A DNA stretch of 63,818 nucleotides from a virus, in IMG/VR virus record IMGVR_UViG_3300034069_001263, positions 1-63,818 of that record; one strand, 5' to 3'. The translations under genes and the position numbers were made by a program. Numbering within the stretch: the first letter of the stretch is position 1; each line of letters starts with the position of its first letter. Shown piece after piece: positions 32,360 to 40,601 of this stretch. The notes beneath the pieces were generated by a model. That model was not told where the DNA came from and made no database searches. It saw nothing but the letters and a program-made list of their open reading frames with translations.

Positions 32360-33016
32360 ATGACCACCGCATCCATCGCCATCCCGAACCCGGTCGAGAT
32401 GCTGCTCAACGGCATGGCCGATCTCACCAAGGCGCTGAACCTCGTTGCGGGTAACCAGGAGCGGCTGATCGCCGGTCAAGCCGCGGCGATGGAAAAGCTG
32501 GAAGGTGGCGCGACGGCGACCAGCGGGCGCAAGCCCCGCGGCAGCAGCAGCAGCAGCAGCAGCAAGCCGGCCGAGGCGGCCGAACCCGTCGTTGCGGCGC
32601 CTGTCGTCGAGACCAAGCCCGCCGTGCATGTGCTGCTCGCCAGCCCGAACGCTTCGACCAAGAAGAACGCCAAGGGCGAGGACGAAGCGACCGGCGCCTA
32701 TCGCGCGGCGGCGTTCACCCGCGAAGAACTGAAGAACGAGACGATCGGCTGGCTGGGCGACACGACCGACGCCGCCGAGCGCAAGGCGCGCATGGAATTC
32801 GTCAAGGCGATGGCCGATCACTTCGGCGTGAAGCAGCTCCTCGCGGCGGACGGCGGCATCTCCGAGCCGGAGCAGTTCAAGCAGGCGCTGTTCTATCTGC
32901 GCCGCAAGCGCGCGGGCTTGGCCGTCAATTTCAGCCAGGATTACGACTTCGACGCCGACCCGCTGGCGGACACCACGCCCGAGCCGGCTGCGGAGGACGT
33001 GGACGCGCTCGGGTGA
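32360..33016 (+). CDS. Hypothetical protein with poly-Ser linker
   Basis: 218 aa; first rightward gene; ends AEDVDALG. Confidence 0.5.
   Translation: MTTASIAIPNPVEMLLNGMADLTKALNLVAGNQERLIAGQAAAMEKLEGGATATSGRKPRGSSSSSSSKPAEAAEPVVAAPVVETKPAVHVLLASPNASTKKNAKGEDEATGAYRAAAFTREELKNETIGWLGDTTDAAERKARMEFVKAMADHFGVKQLLAADGGISEPEQFKQALFYLRRKRAGLAVNFSQDYDFDADPLADTTPEPAAEDVDALG
32541..32564 (+). repeat. (GCA)8 trinucleotide microsatellite encoding Ser7
   Basis: gcagcagcagcagcagcagcagca read directly; in frame within 32360-33016. Confidence 0.9.
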
Positions 33017-33115
33017 TGAGCGCCGGGGTTTAAGCCTCGTCCACGTCCCGACATCGCCGGGCGGCCGGTGGTCGAAGTAGCCGCCCACACCCCAGAGAAG
33101 AAGGAACACGTCACC

Positions 33116-33285
33116 ATGTCCCATGCCATCGGCAGTAAGGTTCGTTTCAAGCCGGGTCCGCGCTCCACGTCCACCGTCGTCGGCACCGTGAAGGCGGTCG
33201 GCGTCGGCGCGCCGGGCAACACCTCGAGGTGCAGACGCATGATCGCACCTACAAGGTGTTGCCCGGCGCCGCGACGGCGGCCTGA
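33116..33285 (+). pseudogene. Small gene apparently split by a frameshift near 33215-33220
   Basis: Frame A reads MSHAIGSKVRFKPGPRSTSTVVGTVKAVGVGAPG, then turns Arg/Cys/Pro-rich. Frame B continues plausibly as QHLEVQTHDRTYKVLPGAATAA-stop (TGA 33283). Confidence 0.3.
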
Positions 33286-33303
33286 ACTCAATATTTCGGC
33301 CAA

Positions 33304-33337
33304 GCCCCCGCTGCCGATGGTGGCGGGGGCCGTTTCT
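33304..33337 (+). terminator. Rho-independent terminator
   Basis: Stem GCCCCCGC/GCGGGGGC (33304-33330) followed by CGTTTCT. Confidence 0.55.
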
Positions 33338-33377
33338 GGCGGCTCGTGTGAAGATCACGGGCCTCCCGAGATGAGAT

Positions 33378-33869
33378 GTGAGCACCATGACACCCGACGA
33401 TGACTTTTCTCGCCGCCTGATCGCGCTGCGTCGCTTCTTGCTCAACAACGCAAGGAATATGACCCGCGACTCTGATGCGGCAGAAGATCTCGCGAGCGAA
33501 ACGGTGCTTCGCGCATGGCGATATCGTCACCAGTTCGACCCCGCCACCAATCTGCAATCATGGTGCTGCATCATCATGCGCAACCAGTGGCTGACGACGC
33601 TGCGTCGCGCCAAGTTCAACGTTGGTTCGACCGAGGGTCTGCCCGAGCCGTCCTGCCCGGCGCCGCAGCACATCATTCTCGACGCGCTCGACGCGGAGCG
33701 AGCCATGGCGCGACTGCCGGCAGCGATGCGCGAGACGGTGACGCTGATCGCGGTCGGAGCGACCATCGAGCAGGCTGCCAAGGTAACAGGCGTTGCCGAG
33801 GGAACAGTGAAGAGCCGCACTGGACGCGGTCGCAAGATGCTCGCGGAGATGTGCCATGTGCCAGGATGA
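33378..33869 (+). CDS. ECF-type sigma-70 family sigma factor
   Basis: Region 2 DAAEDLASETVLRAWRYRHQFDPATNLQSWCCIIMRNQW; region 4 LPAAMRETVTLIAVGATIEQAAKVTGVAEGTVKSRTGRGRKML; start at GTG 33378 or ATG 33387. Confidence 0.8.
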   Translation: MSTMTPDDDFSRRLIALRRFLLNNARNMTRDSDAAEDLASETVLRAWRYRHQFDPATNLQSWCCIIMRNQWLTTLRRAKFNVGSTEGLPEPSCPAPQHIILDALDAERAMARLPAAMRETVTLIAVGATIEQAAKVTGVAEGTVKSRTGRGRKMLAEMCHVPG

Positions 33870-33963
33870 TCTGCCCTGGTGGTGGAGCGCGGTGTTGGTG
33901 CTGCTGGTTGGGCTGCTCGCTGCGGTGCTGAAGGTGACGCTTGGCGCGGGGTATTGGGCATGA
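33856..33963 (+). CDS. Possible 35-aa single-TM protein overlapping the sigma gene end
   Basis: Hand translation MCQDDLPWWWSAVLVLLVGLLAAVLKVTLGAGYWA; ATGA overlap with the next gene. Confidence 0.25.
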   Translation: MCQDDLPWWWSAVLVLLVGLLAAVLKVTLGAGYWA

Positions 33964-34166
33964 GCGCGCCGATAACAGACGATCCATGCGACGAATGGGA
34001 TATCGATACAGTTCTTGGGTTGCCGGATGGTCTAATATACCGGCAGGGACAACTACAGTGTCAATGTTTCATTTGTGATAGGTGGCACGAGTGGCCTTGT
34101 GATATAGCCGACTTTGATTCCGATGAGCGCAACTATTGCGGCGGATCGCCAAGGTGCTGTCCATGA
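33960..34166 (+). CDS. Cys-rich small protein (putative zinc-binding)
   Basis: 68 aa, 9 Cys: CQCFICDRWHEWPC...YCGGSPRCC; visibly lower GC than its neighbours. Confidence 0.45.
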   Translation: MSAPITDDPCDEWDIDTVLGLPDGLIYRQGQLQCQCFICDRWHEWPCDIADFDSDERNYCGGSPRCCP

Positions 34167-35377
34167 GCGACACGCTCGAAGAGTCCCAGCCAGCGCACGC
34201 CCCGCTCGGCCCTTCGTCGGCCGAAGGGTGGAGCACCTGCGCCGACTACGTGAATGCGAACCGAGGCCTGCCGGATAGCACGACCGAGCCGGCCGCCGAG
34301 GGCACCGCTGCCCACCTCATCAGCGAGGTGTGCCTGCTGCTCGGCATTGATGCCGAGGAACTGCTCGGGATGCCGACCCAGGTGGCGGGTCACATGTTCG
34401 CGTGGGAAGAGGACGATGCCGAGCTGCTGCAGATCGGGCTCGACGAGATACGCGACGAGATCGGCGACGGACAGTTCTGGGGCGAGCAGCGCGTAGACAT
34501 CAGCCCTTGGACGCTGCCAGGCCAGTTCGGAACGCTTGATCGGGCCTACGTCCTCCCCGACGAGATCGTCATCCGCGACCTGAAATGGGGTAGGGGCGTT
34601 CCGGTAAGCCCGGTCGAGAACAAGCAGCTCATGCTCTACGCGCTAGGGTTCTGGGCGTCGATCGGTCGTCCCGACATTCAGCGCTTCCGCTTGGTGATTG
34701 ACCAACCGCGGCACGCGGGTGGCGGCGGCGTCTGGAACACGACGCTGGATGAACTGCTGCGCTTCGGCGATTGGATCAAGGAGCGGGCCGTCGCCACGGC
34801 GCGACCCGGCGCTCCCCGAACCGCCTCCCTTCAGGGCTGCATGTGGTGCCGTCGCCGCCGCGTGCCGGGCGTCTATGGCGGCTGCAACACCTATGACGCC
34901 TACATGGTCGCGCTGCTCGGCGCGACCTGGGACAACATTGACATGGGAATCCTCATGGACACCGAACTGGCGCTATCCGCTCCACGCGACCTCACGCCCG
35001 AGCGTCGTTCCTACCTGCTGCTGCACCGCGACGCCATCAAGCGTTGGCTCGACCAGCTTTCGGAAGAGACAATGGCGGACGCGCTGGCGGGATCGGACAC
35101 GGGGCTGGTGAAGGCCGTCGAGGGCAACAAGGCACCGGACCGCTGGAGCGAAAAGGGAGTGGCGGCGCGCCCCGTCGTGGAGCGGCTTCTCGGTGAGAAG
35201 GGTTTCAACAAAATGTTGAAATCACCTAAGCAAGTCGCTACAGCGGTCGAGGGTGATGCGGAGGCGTCGAAGGAAGTCGCCCAGCACGTCACGCGGGGAC
35301 AGCGCAAGCCGATCCTCGTGCCGCTGGCCGACGCCCGGCGCCCGATCACGACAGGCTCTGCATTCGAAGAGGAGTGA
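34163..35377 (+). CDS. DUF2800-type PD-(D/E)xK nuclease (Cas4-like Cys cluster)
   Basis: N-terminal PSSAEGWSTCADY...EGTAAHLISE; DRAYV...IRDLKWG core; CMWC...GGC cluster. Confidence 0.7.
   Translation: MSDTLEESQPAHAPLGPSSAEGWSTCADYVNANRGLPDSTTEPAAEGTAAHLISEVCLLLGIDAEELLGMPTQVAGHMFAWEEDDAELLQIGLDEIRDEIGDGQFWGEQRVDISPWTLPGQFGTLDRAYVLPDEIVIRDLKWGRGVPVSPVENKQLMLYALGFWASIGRPDIQRFRLVIDQPRHAGGGGVWNTTLDELLRFGDWIKERAVATARPGAPRTASLQGCMWCRRRRVPGVYGGCNTYDAYMVALLGATWDNIDMGILMDTELALSAPRDLTPERRSYLLLHRDAIKRWLDQLSEETMADALAGSDTGLVKAVEGNKAPDRWSEKGVAARPVVERLLGEKGFNKMLKSPKQVATAVEGDAEASKEVAQHVTRGQRKPILVPLADARRPITTGSAFEEE
35205..35219. repeat. Perfect palindrome TCAACAAAATGTTGA, the only intragenic copy
   Basis: Inside the 3' end of 34163-35377 (encodes FNKML); 165 nt upstream of the next gene. 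Confidence 0.8.
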
Positions 35378-35383
35378 GATTTG

Positions 35384-35647
35384 ATGGAATACGAACTGCA
35401 GTTGGGTGACAAGGCTCGACATGCGATCACGGGGTTCGAGGGCATCGTCGTTGCGAAGGTGCAGTACCTTACCGGCTGCGATCAGGTGTGCCTCCAGCCT
35501 CAGGGGCTGACGGATAAGGGCGACACCTTCGACCATCGCTACTTCGACGCTCCCTACGTGGATCTCGTTCAGGCTGGCGCGGTGCTGAACCGCACACCTG
35601 GGCGCGTCACCGGCTGCGATATCGCGCCGCCAAGCCGCCGCGGCTGA
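35384..35647 (+). CDS. Hypothetical protein
   Basis: 87 aa. Confidence 0.45.
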   Translation: MEYELQLGDKARHAITGFEGIVVAKVQYLTGCDQVCLQPQGLTDKGDTFDHRYFDAPYVDLVQAGAVLNRTPGRVTGCDIAPPSRRG

Positions 35648-35677
35648 TCCTCATTCATATCACCGGAGAGCACCAAC

Positions 35678-35914
35678 ATGGCTGACAACGACACCGTGAA
35701 CAGCACGTCCGACGATCGGACGGTGAACAACGTCATGCGGCACGCCTATCGCGTGCTGGGCGATGCCGAGAAGGCCACCATGCAGAAGATCAAGGACGAC
35801 GGCCTCTCGCTGCACGACTTCCTGTCGTCGCTCGGCAACAGCCGCGAACTCTCCGTCGCCAAGACGAAGATCGAAGAGGCCGTCATGTGGGCGGTCAAGC
35901 ACATCACCGCCTGA
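35678..35914 (+). CDS. Conserved phage hypothetical protein
   Basis: 78 aa; C-terminal KTKIEEAVMWAVKHIT helix; shares the initiation context GGAGAGCACCAACATGGCTGA with the next gene. Confidence 0.5.
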   Translation: MADNDTVNSTSDDRTVNNVMRHAYRVLGDAEKATMQKIKDDGLSLHDFLSSLGNSRELSVAKTKIEEAVMWAVKHITA

Positions 35915-35928
35915 TCGGGAGCACCAAC

Positions 35929-36606
35929 ATGGCTGAAGCACCGAAGAAAGACCCGCGCACCGTCACCTTCAAGCGGGTGCGTCTTGCGTTCGCTGATGGT
36001 CTCGTCGAGCAGACGACCCCGAAGGGCGTGGATGACGCCCAGCCCAAGTTCAACGCGCAACTCCTGATCGAGTGCGTCGGCGACGATGCTAAGGCGCGCG
36101 CGGAAGCCGAGGGTAACAAGGCGCGGGCGCTCGGCGGCATCGAAGCGGCCTGCGACCAGCAGTGGGGCAAGAAGGACCGCTGGAAGACGATCCAGGAAGA
36201 CAGCCCCAAGCGCATCGCGTTCCGCAAGGGCGAGCGGTTCAAGAACGACGATGGCGAGGTATATCTGGGCTACGCCGGCAACTTCGTCGTGTCGGCTGCT
36301 GGCCCTGGCGCCGGCAAGCGCCGCCCGAAGCTGTTCGACCGCCACCGCCAGGAGGTTACCGGCGACGAAGCCAAGCTGAAGGAGAAGTTCGCTCAGCTCG
36401 CCTACTCCGGCTGCTACGCGGACGCGATCGTGTCGTTTTACGGCGGCGACAAGGGCGGCGTGGGCGTGTTCGCTTCGATCGACGCCATCCGCTCCTGGGA
36501 AGAAGGCGCGCGCACCGGCGGCGGTGGCTACGTCGCGTCGGCCGACGACTTTGACGCAGCGGACGACGAAGGCGCGTTCGACACCTCCACGGACGCGCTG
36601 GGCTGA
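35929..36606 (+). CDS. DUF2815-type single-stranded DNA-binding protein candidate
   Basis: 225 aa; TVTFKRVRLAFADGLVE N-terminus; acidic C-terminal tail DDFDAADDEGAFDTSTDALG; position after the DUF2800 gene. Confidence 0.55.
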   Translation: MAEAPKKDPRTVTFKRVRLAFADGLVEQTTPKGVDDAQPKFNAQLLIECVGDDAKARAEAEGNKARALGGIEAACDQQWGKKDRWKTIQEDSPKRIAFRKGERFKNDDGEVYLGYAGNFVVSAAGPGAGKRRPKLFDRHRQEVTGDEAKLKEKFAQLAYSGCYADAIVSFYGGDKGGVGVFASIDAIRSWEEGARTGGGGYVASADDFDAADDEGAFDTSTDALG

Positions 36607-36617
36607 CCGTGGCAGCA

Positions 36618-36654
36618 ACAGGCGAGCATCCCAGAGCACGGCTTGCTCGCCTGT
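36618..36654 (+). terminator. Stem-loop after the SSB-like gene (weak terminator candidate)
   Basis: ACAGGCGAGC/GCTCGCCTGT with a 17-nt loop, followed by TCGGCTT. Confidence 0.35.
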
Positions 36655-36762
36655 TCGGCTTGGCGCTGGCCTACGACGCGCGCGGGCTGGAGCGAGTTCA
36701 GTGGCTCGCTCCATCCATGCTGCCGGCGATACCGGGGCCGTGGCGCGTGTATCGGTTTTGAT

Positions 36763-38208
36763 ATGCTGATGTTCGGAAGCGTCTGTTCTGGCATCGAAGC
36801 GGCGTCGGTCGCCTGGGAGCGCCTGGGCTGGACGGCCTGCTGGTTCGCCGAGGTGGACCGTGCTGCCAGCGAGGTGCTGGCCTACCGCTTCCCTAACGTC
36901 CCCAACCACGGGGACATGATGTTGCTCGCTGCGATGGTGCGGAGCCGGACTATCCCCGCGCCGGACGTGCTGGTGGGCGGAACGCCGTGCCAAGCTTTCT
37001 CGGTAGCGGGGCTGCGCCTCGGGTTGGCTGACGAGCGCGGCCAATTGACGCTCGCCTACGTAGATCTTGTCAACGCCATCGACGAGGTGAGGGCGGCTGA
37101 CTGCCTGCCGCCCTGCATCGCCATCTGGGAGAATGTGCCGGGTGTCCTCTCATCCAAGGATAACGCCTTCGGTTGCTTCCTTGCTGGCCTTGCCGGGGAA
37201 GATTGCGAACTTCGACCGGCAGGGAAGCGGTGGACGAACGCTGGTTGTGTGCTTGGACCCGAAAGGGCAATCGCATGGCGGATCATCAACGCCCAATATG
37301 TCGGACTGGCCCAACGACGCCGTCGTGTGTTCGTTGTCGCAGGTGCTGGTGCGGGGTTTGATCCCGCCGCAATACTTCTTGAGTTCGACGGCCTGCGCCG
37401 GGATTCTGCGCCGCGCCGAGGCTCGGGGGAAGGCACTACCCACCCCGTTGCTCCGAGCCTTACAAGCAGTGGCCGGGGAGTTGAGCGCGTCGGAGGGCCC
37501 CGTGGCCAAGATCCTGTCGTGGCCGTCAGCGGAATGGATCGCGGCCTTCCTGGCGTAGCCTATGGCCGCAACAACTGCTCCGGCCCCATCGACGCCGCGG
37601 CGGCGCTGAACGCCCACGGCGGTCCGTGCGGTCGCCTGGACTTCGAGACGGAGACGTTCATCGTCCAGCAGCCAATACCGTTCGACACGACCCAGATCAC
37701 CTCGCCGGGTAACTACTCTGTCCCGCGCGCTGGCGATCCGTGCCATCCTTTGGCAGCGGGCGCCCATCCGCCTGCGATCGTCGTTCATGGTTCGCAGTCG
37801 CCGATCGTTAACTTCGACCTAGCGGATGCGCTAGGTCGAAACAGCGGTCAGGAGAACGCCGTCGCGTTCCAGGCGAGCCAATCCGGCGTCCGCATTAGCC
37901 ACACCGCGGGCACCCTGGATGCGAACTATGGCCCGCGGCGGCACAACGGCGTCCTCGCCGGCATGGCAGTGCGCCGTCTGATGCCGGTCGAGTGCGAGCG
38001 GTTGCAGGGCTTCCCCGATGGCTGGACGTTGGTCCCGACCGGCCCGAAGCGCAAGCCCGCGGCGGACGGCCCCCGCTACAAGCAGCTCGGCAACAGCATG
38101 GCGGTGAACGTGATGCGCTGGATAGGTCAGCGCGTGGACGCCTGGGTGCGGCTGAACTGGCCCAGCCTGGGACACAGCTACTTTGACTATTCAGATCTCC
38201 TGGGATGA
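36763..38208 (+). CDS. DNA (cytosine-5)-methyltransferase
   Basis: Motif IV GGTPCQAFS, motif VI IWENVPG, motif X QLGNSMAVNV; ATG 36763 (MLMFGSVCSGIE); ends DYSDLLG. Confidence 0.85.
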   Translation: MLMFGSVCSGIEAASVAWERLGWTACWFAEVDRAASEVLAYRFPNVPNHGDMMLLAAMVRSRTIPAPDVLVGGTPCQAFSVAGLRLGLADERGQLTLAYVDLVNAIDEVRAADCLPPCIAIWENVPGVLSSKDNAFGCFLAGLAGEDCELRPAGKRWTNAGCVLGPERAIAWRIINAQYVGLAQRRRRVFVVAGAGAGFDPAAILLEFDGLRRDSAPRRGSGEGTTHPVAPSLTSSGRGVERVGGPRGQDPVVAVSGMDRGLPGVAYGRNNCSGPIDAAAALNAHGGPCGRLDFETETFIVQQPIPFDTTQITSPGNYSVPRAGDPCHPLAAGAHPPAIVVHGSQSPIVNFDLADALGRNSGQENAVAFQASQSGVRISHTAGTLDANYGPRRHNGVLAGMAVRRLMPVECERLQGFPDGWTLVPTGPKRKPAADGPRYKQLGNSMAVNVMRWIGQRVDAWVRLNWPSLGHSYFDYSDLLG

Positions 38209-38268
38209 CCAGCCCAGTTGATGGCACGTCGCCTGTAGTGGCGACTCCCCAAAGGAAAGGTCAACATC

Positions 38269-40281
38269 ATGGCCGGTGACGTTCTAATCTCTGACACCGA
38301 ATGCTACCCCAATTTCTGGAGCATCGGTTTTCTCCGTCACAGCGACAAGAAGCTGCGGGTGTTTGAGCATTCCGTGCGGAAGCCGCTCACCGATGAAGAG
38401 CGCGACTTGATCCGCGCCATCATGCGGCAGAACACCATCGTCGGCTATAATTTCAACAACTACGATGCACCAATGATCGCAGTCCTGCTCGACGGCGCCG
38501 ACAACGCTCGCCTGAAGCAAGCGAACGACCGCATCATCGTAGGCGGAATGAAGCCGTGGCACGCGGAGGACGTGCTCGGCGTGGTGGTGCCTCGCTGGAA
38601 GATCATCGACCTGATGGAGCCGCAGCCGAACGCTTTTGCGGGTCTCAAGACGCTCGCGGGGCGGATGCACGCCCCGTTCATGCAGGATTTGCCGTATCAG
38701 CCGGACCAAGCGCTCACGCCGGAGGAAATGGATCGCGTCCTCTCGTACATGGGGAACGACCTGGAAAATACTGCGCTTCTCTACGACGCCCTGGAAGAGC
38801 CGCTGGCGCTTCGAACTGCGATCAGCGCTGAATATGACATCGACGTGATGTCGAAGTCGGATGCGCAAACCGGCGAAGCGATCATCAAGAAGCGCGTCGA
38901 GAAGGAACGGGGACAGCGCGTCTACAAGGTGGACACGCCCGGCGGCACCATGTTCAAGTACCCGGTTCCCGATTGGCTGGCCTATCAGCGCGACGATCTG
39001 CGTGTGATGCTGGAGCGGCTTCGCGGCACCGAGTTCATGGTGCAGCACAACGGCAAGGTAGCGCTGCCCGAGTGGTTGGCTGAGATGACGGTCGTAATCG
39101 GCGATACAATCTATCAGATGGGTATCGGCGGCCTTCACTCGACGGAGTCGAACCGATCCATCCACAGCGATGACGAGCGCGTCCTCTTGGACTTCGACGT
39201 TGCGTCGTATTACCCAGCCATCATCATCAACTCGGGTCTCTACCCGCGAGCGCTCGGCCCCCAGTTCCTGGTCGAGTATCGGAAGATCCGCGATGAGCGT
39301 GTCGTTGCCAAGCGGGCCGGCGAGAAGTCGAAAGCCGAAGGGCTCAAGATCGCGCTGAACGGCTGCTTCGGTAAGCTCGGCAGTCCCTACAGCGTTCTCT
39401 ACGCGCCGCACCTGATGATCTTTGTCACGTTGACGGGTCAGCTCGCACTGCTGATGTTGATCGAGCGCGCCGAGGCGGCAGGCATTCCGGTGGTGTCGGG
39501 AAACACGGACGGCGTCGTGTTCCACTGCCCGCGTGATCGTGAAGCCGATCTGCTGGCGATCACCGCTCAGTGGGAGCGCGACACCGGCTTTGATCTGGAG
39601 CGCACGGCCTACCGTTCGCTCTACAACGCCTCGGTCAACAGCTACATCGCCATCAAGGAGGACGGCAAGGCCAAGTGGAAGGGCCCCATCGCCAACCCCT
39701 GGCGCTCCGACGACGGCTGGAAGCCTGACATCCGCGGCTATCTGATGAAGAACCCGCAGATGCAGGTAATTGCCAATGCCGTGGTGGACCTGATCCTCTA
39801 CGATCGGCCGCTGGAGCAGACGATCCGCGCATCTCAGGACATTCGCGACTTCGTGACGGTTGTGAAGGTGGACGGCGGCGCCACGTGGAATCCAAGGCTG
39901 CATGTTGAACAGAAACAAGTGGAATGGACGGGTACGAGCGAAGTCAACCCTCCCGATTTTTACAACGCTACAGTTCACGATGGGCCGGGCCAATACCTGG
40001 GTAAGGTTGTTCGTTTCTATTGGGCAAAGAACGGAGCGCCCATCTATAAAGCCAAGCCGCACGCTAGCACCGGAAATTATGCCAAGGTGCCGAAGTCTGA
40101 CGGCTGCCGGCCGGCAATGGAACTGCCTTCGGTTCTGCCGGACGATGTGGACTATGAGGCGTATATCGCTGCTGCCGGAGAGGTGCTGATGGACCTCGGG
40201 TACACGGATCGGCCCCGGACGGTTAAACCGCTGCGGGTATGGAAGCACTCTGCGGTGCTGCACTGGGCGGTGGCGGTGTGA
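38269..40281 (+). CDS. DNA polymerase with 3'-5' exonuclease and family-B-type motifs
   Basis: Exo I SDTECYPN, Exo II GYNFNNYDAP, Exo III YMGNDLEN; motif A DFDVASYYPAII, motif B KIALNGCFGKLG, motif C SGNTDGVVFH. Confidence 0.8.
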   Translation: MAGDVLISDTECYPNFWSIGFLRHSDKKLRVFEHSVRKPLTDEERDLIRAIMRQNTIVGYNFNNYDAPMIAVLLDGADNARLKQANDRIIVGGMKPWHAEDVLGVVVPRWKIIDLMEPQPNAFAGLKTLAGRMHAPFMQDLPYQPDQALTPEEMDRVLSYMGNDLENTALLYDALEEPLALRTAISAEYDIDVMSKSDAQTGEAIIKKRVEKERGQRVYKVDTPGGTMFKYPVPDWLAYQRDDLRVMLERLRGTEFMVQHNGKVALPEWLAEMTVVIGDTIYQMGIGGLHSTESNRSIHSDDERVLLDFDVASYYPAIIINSGLYPRALGPQFLVEYRKIRDERVVAKRAGEKSKAEGLKIALNGCFGKLGSPYSVLYAPHLMIFVTLTGQLALLMLIERAEAAGIPVVSGNTDGVVFHCPRDREADLLAITAQWERDTGFDLERTAYRSLYNASVNSYIAIKEDGKAKWKGPIANPWRSDDGWKPDIRGYLMKNPQMQVIANAVVDLILYDRPLEQTIRASQDIRDFVTVVKVDGGATWNPRLHVEQKQVEWTGTSEVNPPDFYNATVHDGPGQYLGKVVRFYWAKNGAPIYKAKPHASTGNYAKVPKSDGCRPAMELPSVLPDDVDYEAYIAAAGEVLMDLGYTDRPRTVKPLRVWKHSAVLHWAVAV

Positions 40282-40286
40282 AAGGG

Positions 40287-40601
40287 ATGACCATGGATAT
40301 CGATCTCATCAAGTCGCTTTTGCTGGAGGCAGACGCGACAAATGCTCCTAGCAGCATTGGCCGCGGAGAGTTCGAAAATCGCGAGTTCATCATGTCGAGC
40401 GGTTGGAAAGTGGTTATATTCTATGACTCCGGCGATCTCGACTATATTGACCATTTCGTGTCGCCAGATGGTAGGCGCATAGAAGTCTGGGGAGAGGAAG
40501 CCGATCCGCGGCTCAACGATAGCGGAGATGATAGGTGTTTCACCTCTCTGCAAAACTGGAGGGACGTTGGGGACGGCCATAGGCTTAGCGCCTTGCTATG
40601 A
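40287..40601 (+). CDS. Hypothetical protein (low-GC insert between polymerase and helicase)
   Basis: 104 aa; visibly lower GC; no family recognised. Confidence 0.5.
   Translation: MTMDIDLIKSLLLEADATNAPSSIGRGEFENREFIMSSGWKVVIFYDSGDLDYIDHFVSPDGRRIEVWGEEADPRLNDSGDDRCFTSLQNWRDVGDGHRLSALL

Noticed and set aside
32273-33448. 391-aa minus-strand ORF, and similar long antisense ORFs at 35746-37044, 43886-44725, 47337-48221, 48906-49829, 49259-50368, 57888-58763 and 59129-59827
   Set aside because: All are antisense or out of frame relative to genes with recognisable products. They have the Arg/Pro/Gly-rich low-complexity character of spurious GC-rich ORFs.
38255-38271. Additional palindrome copy at the polymerase start (AGGTCAACATCATGG)
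   Set aside because: Only the left half site TCAACA is present and the right half does not match. It was not counted among the 25 copies.
38284-40263. 659-aa ORF on the minus strand
   Set aside because: It lies exactly antisense to the DNA polymerase gene, which has clear exonuclease and polymerase motifs. The translation is Arg/His/Val-rich and low-complexity, typical of stop-poor antisense frames in GC-rich DNA.
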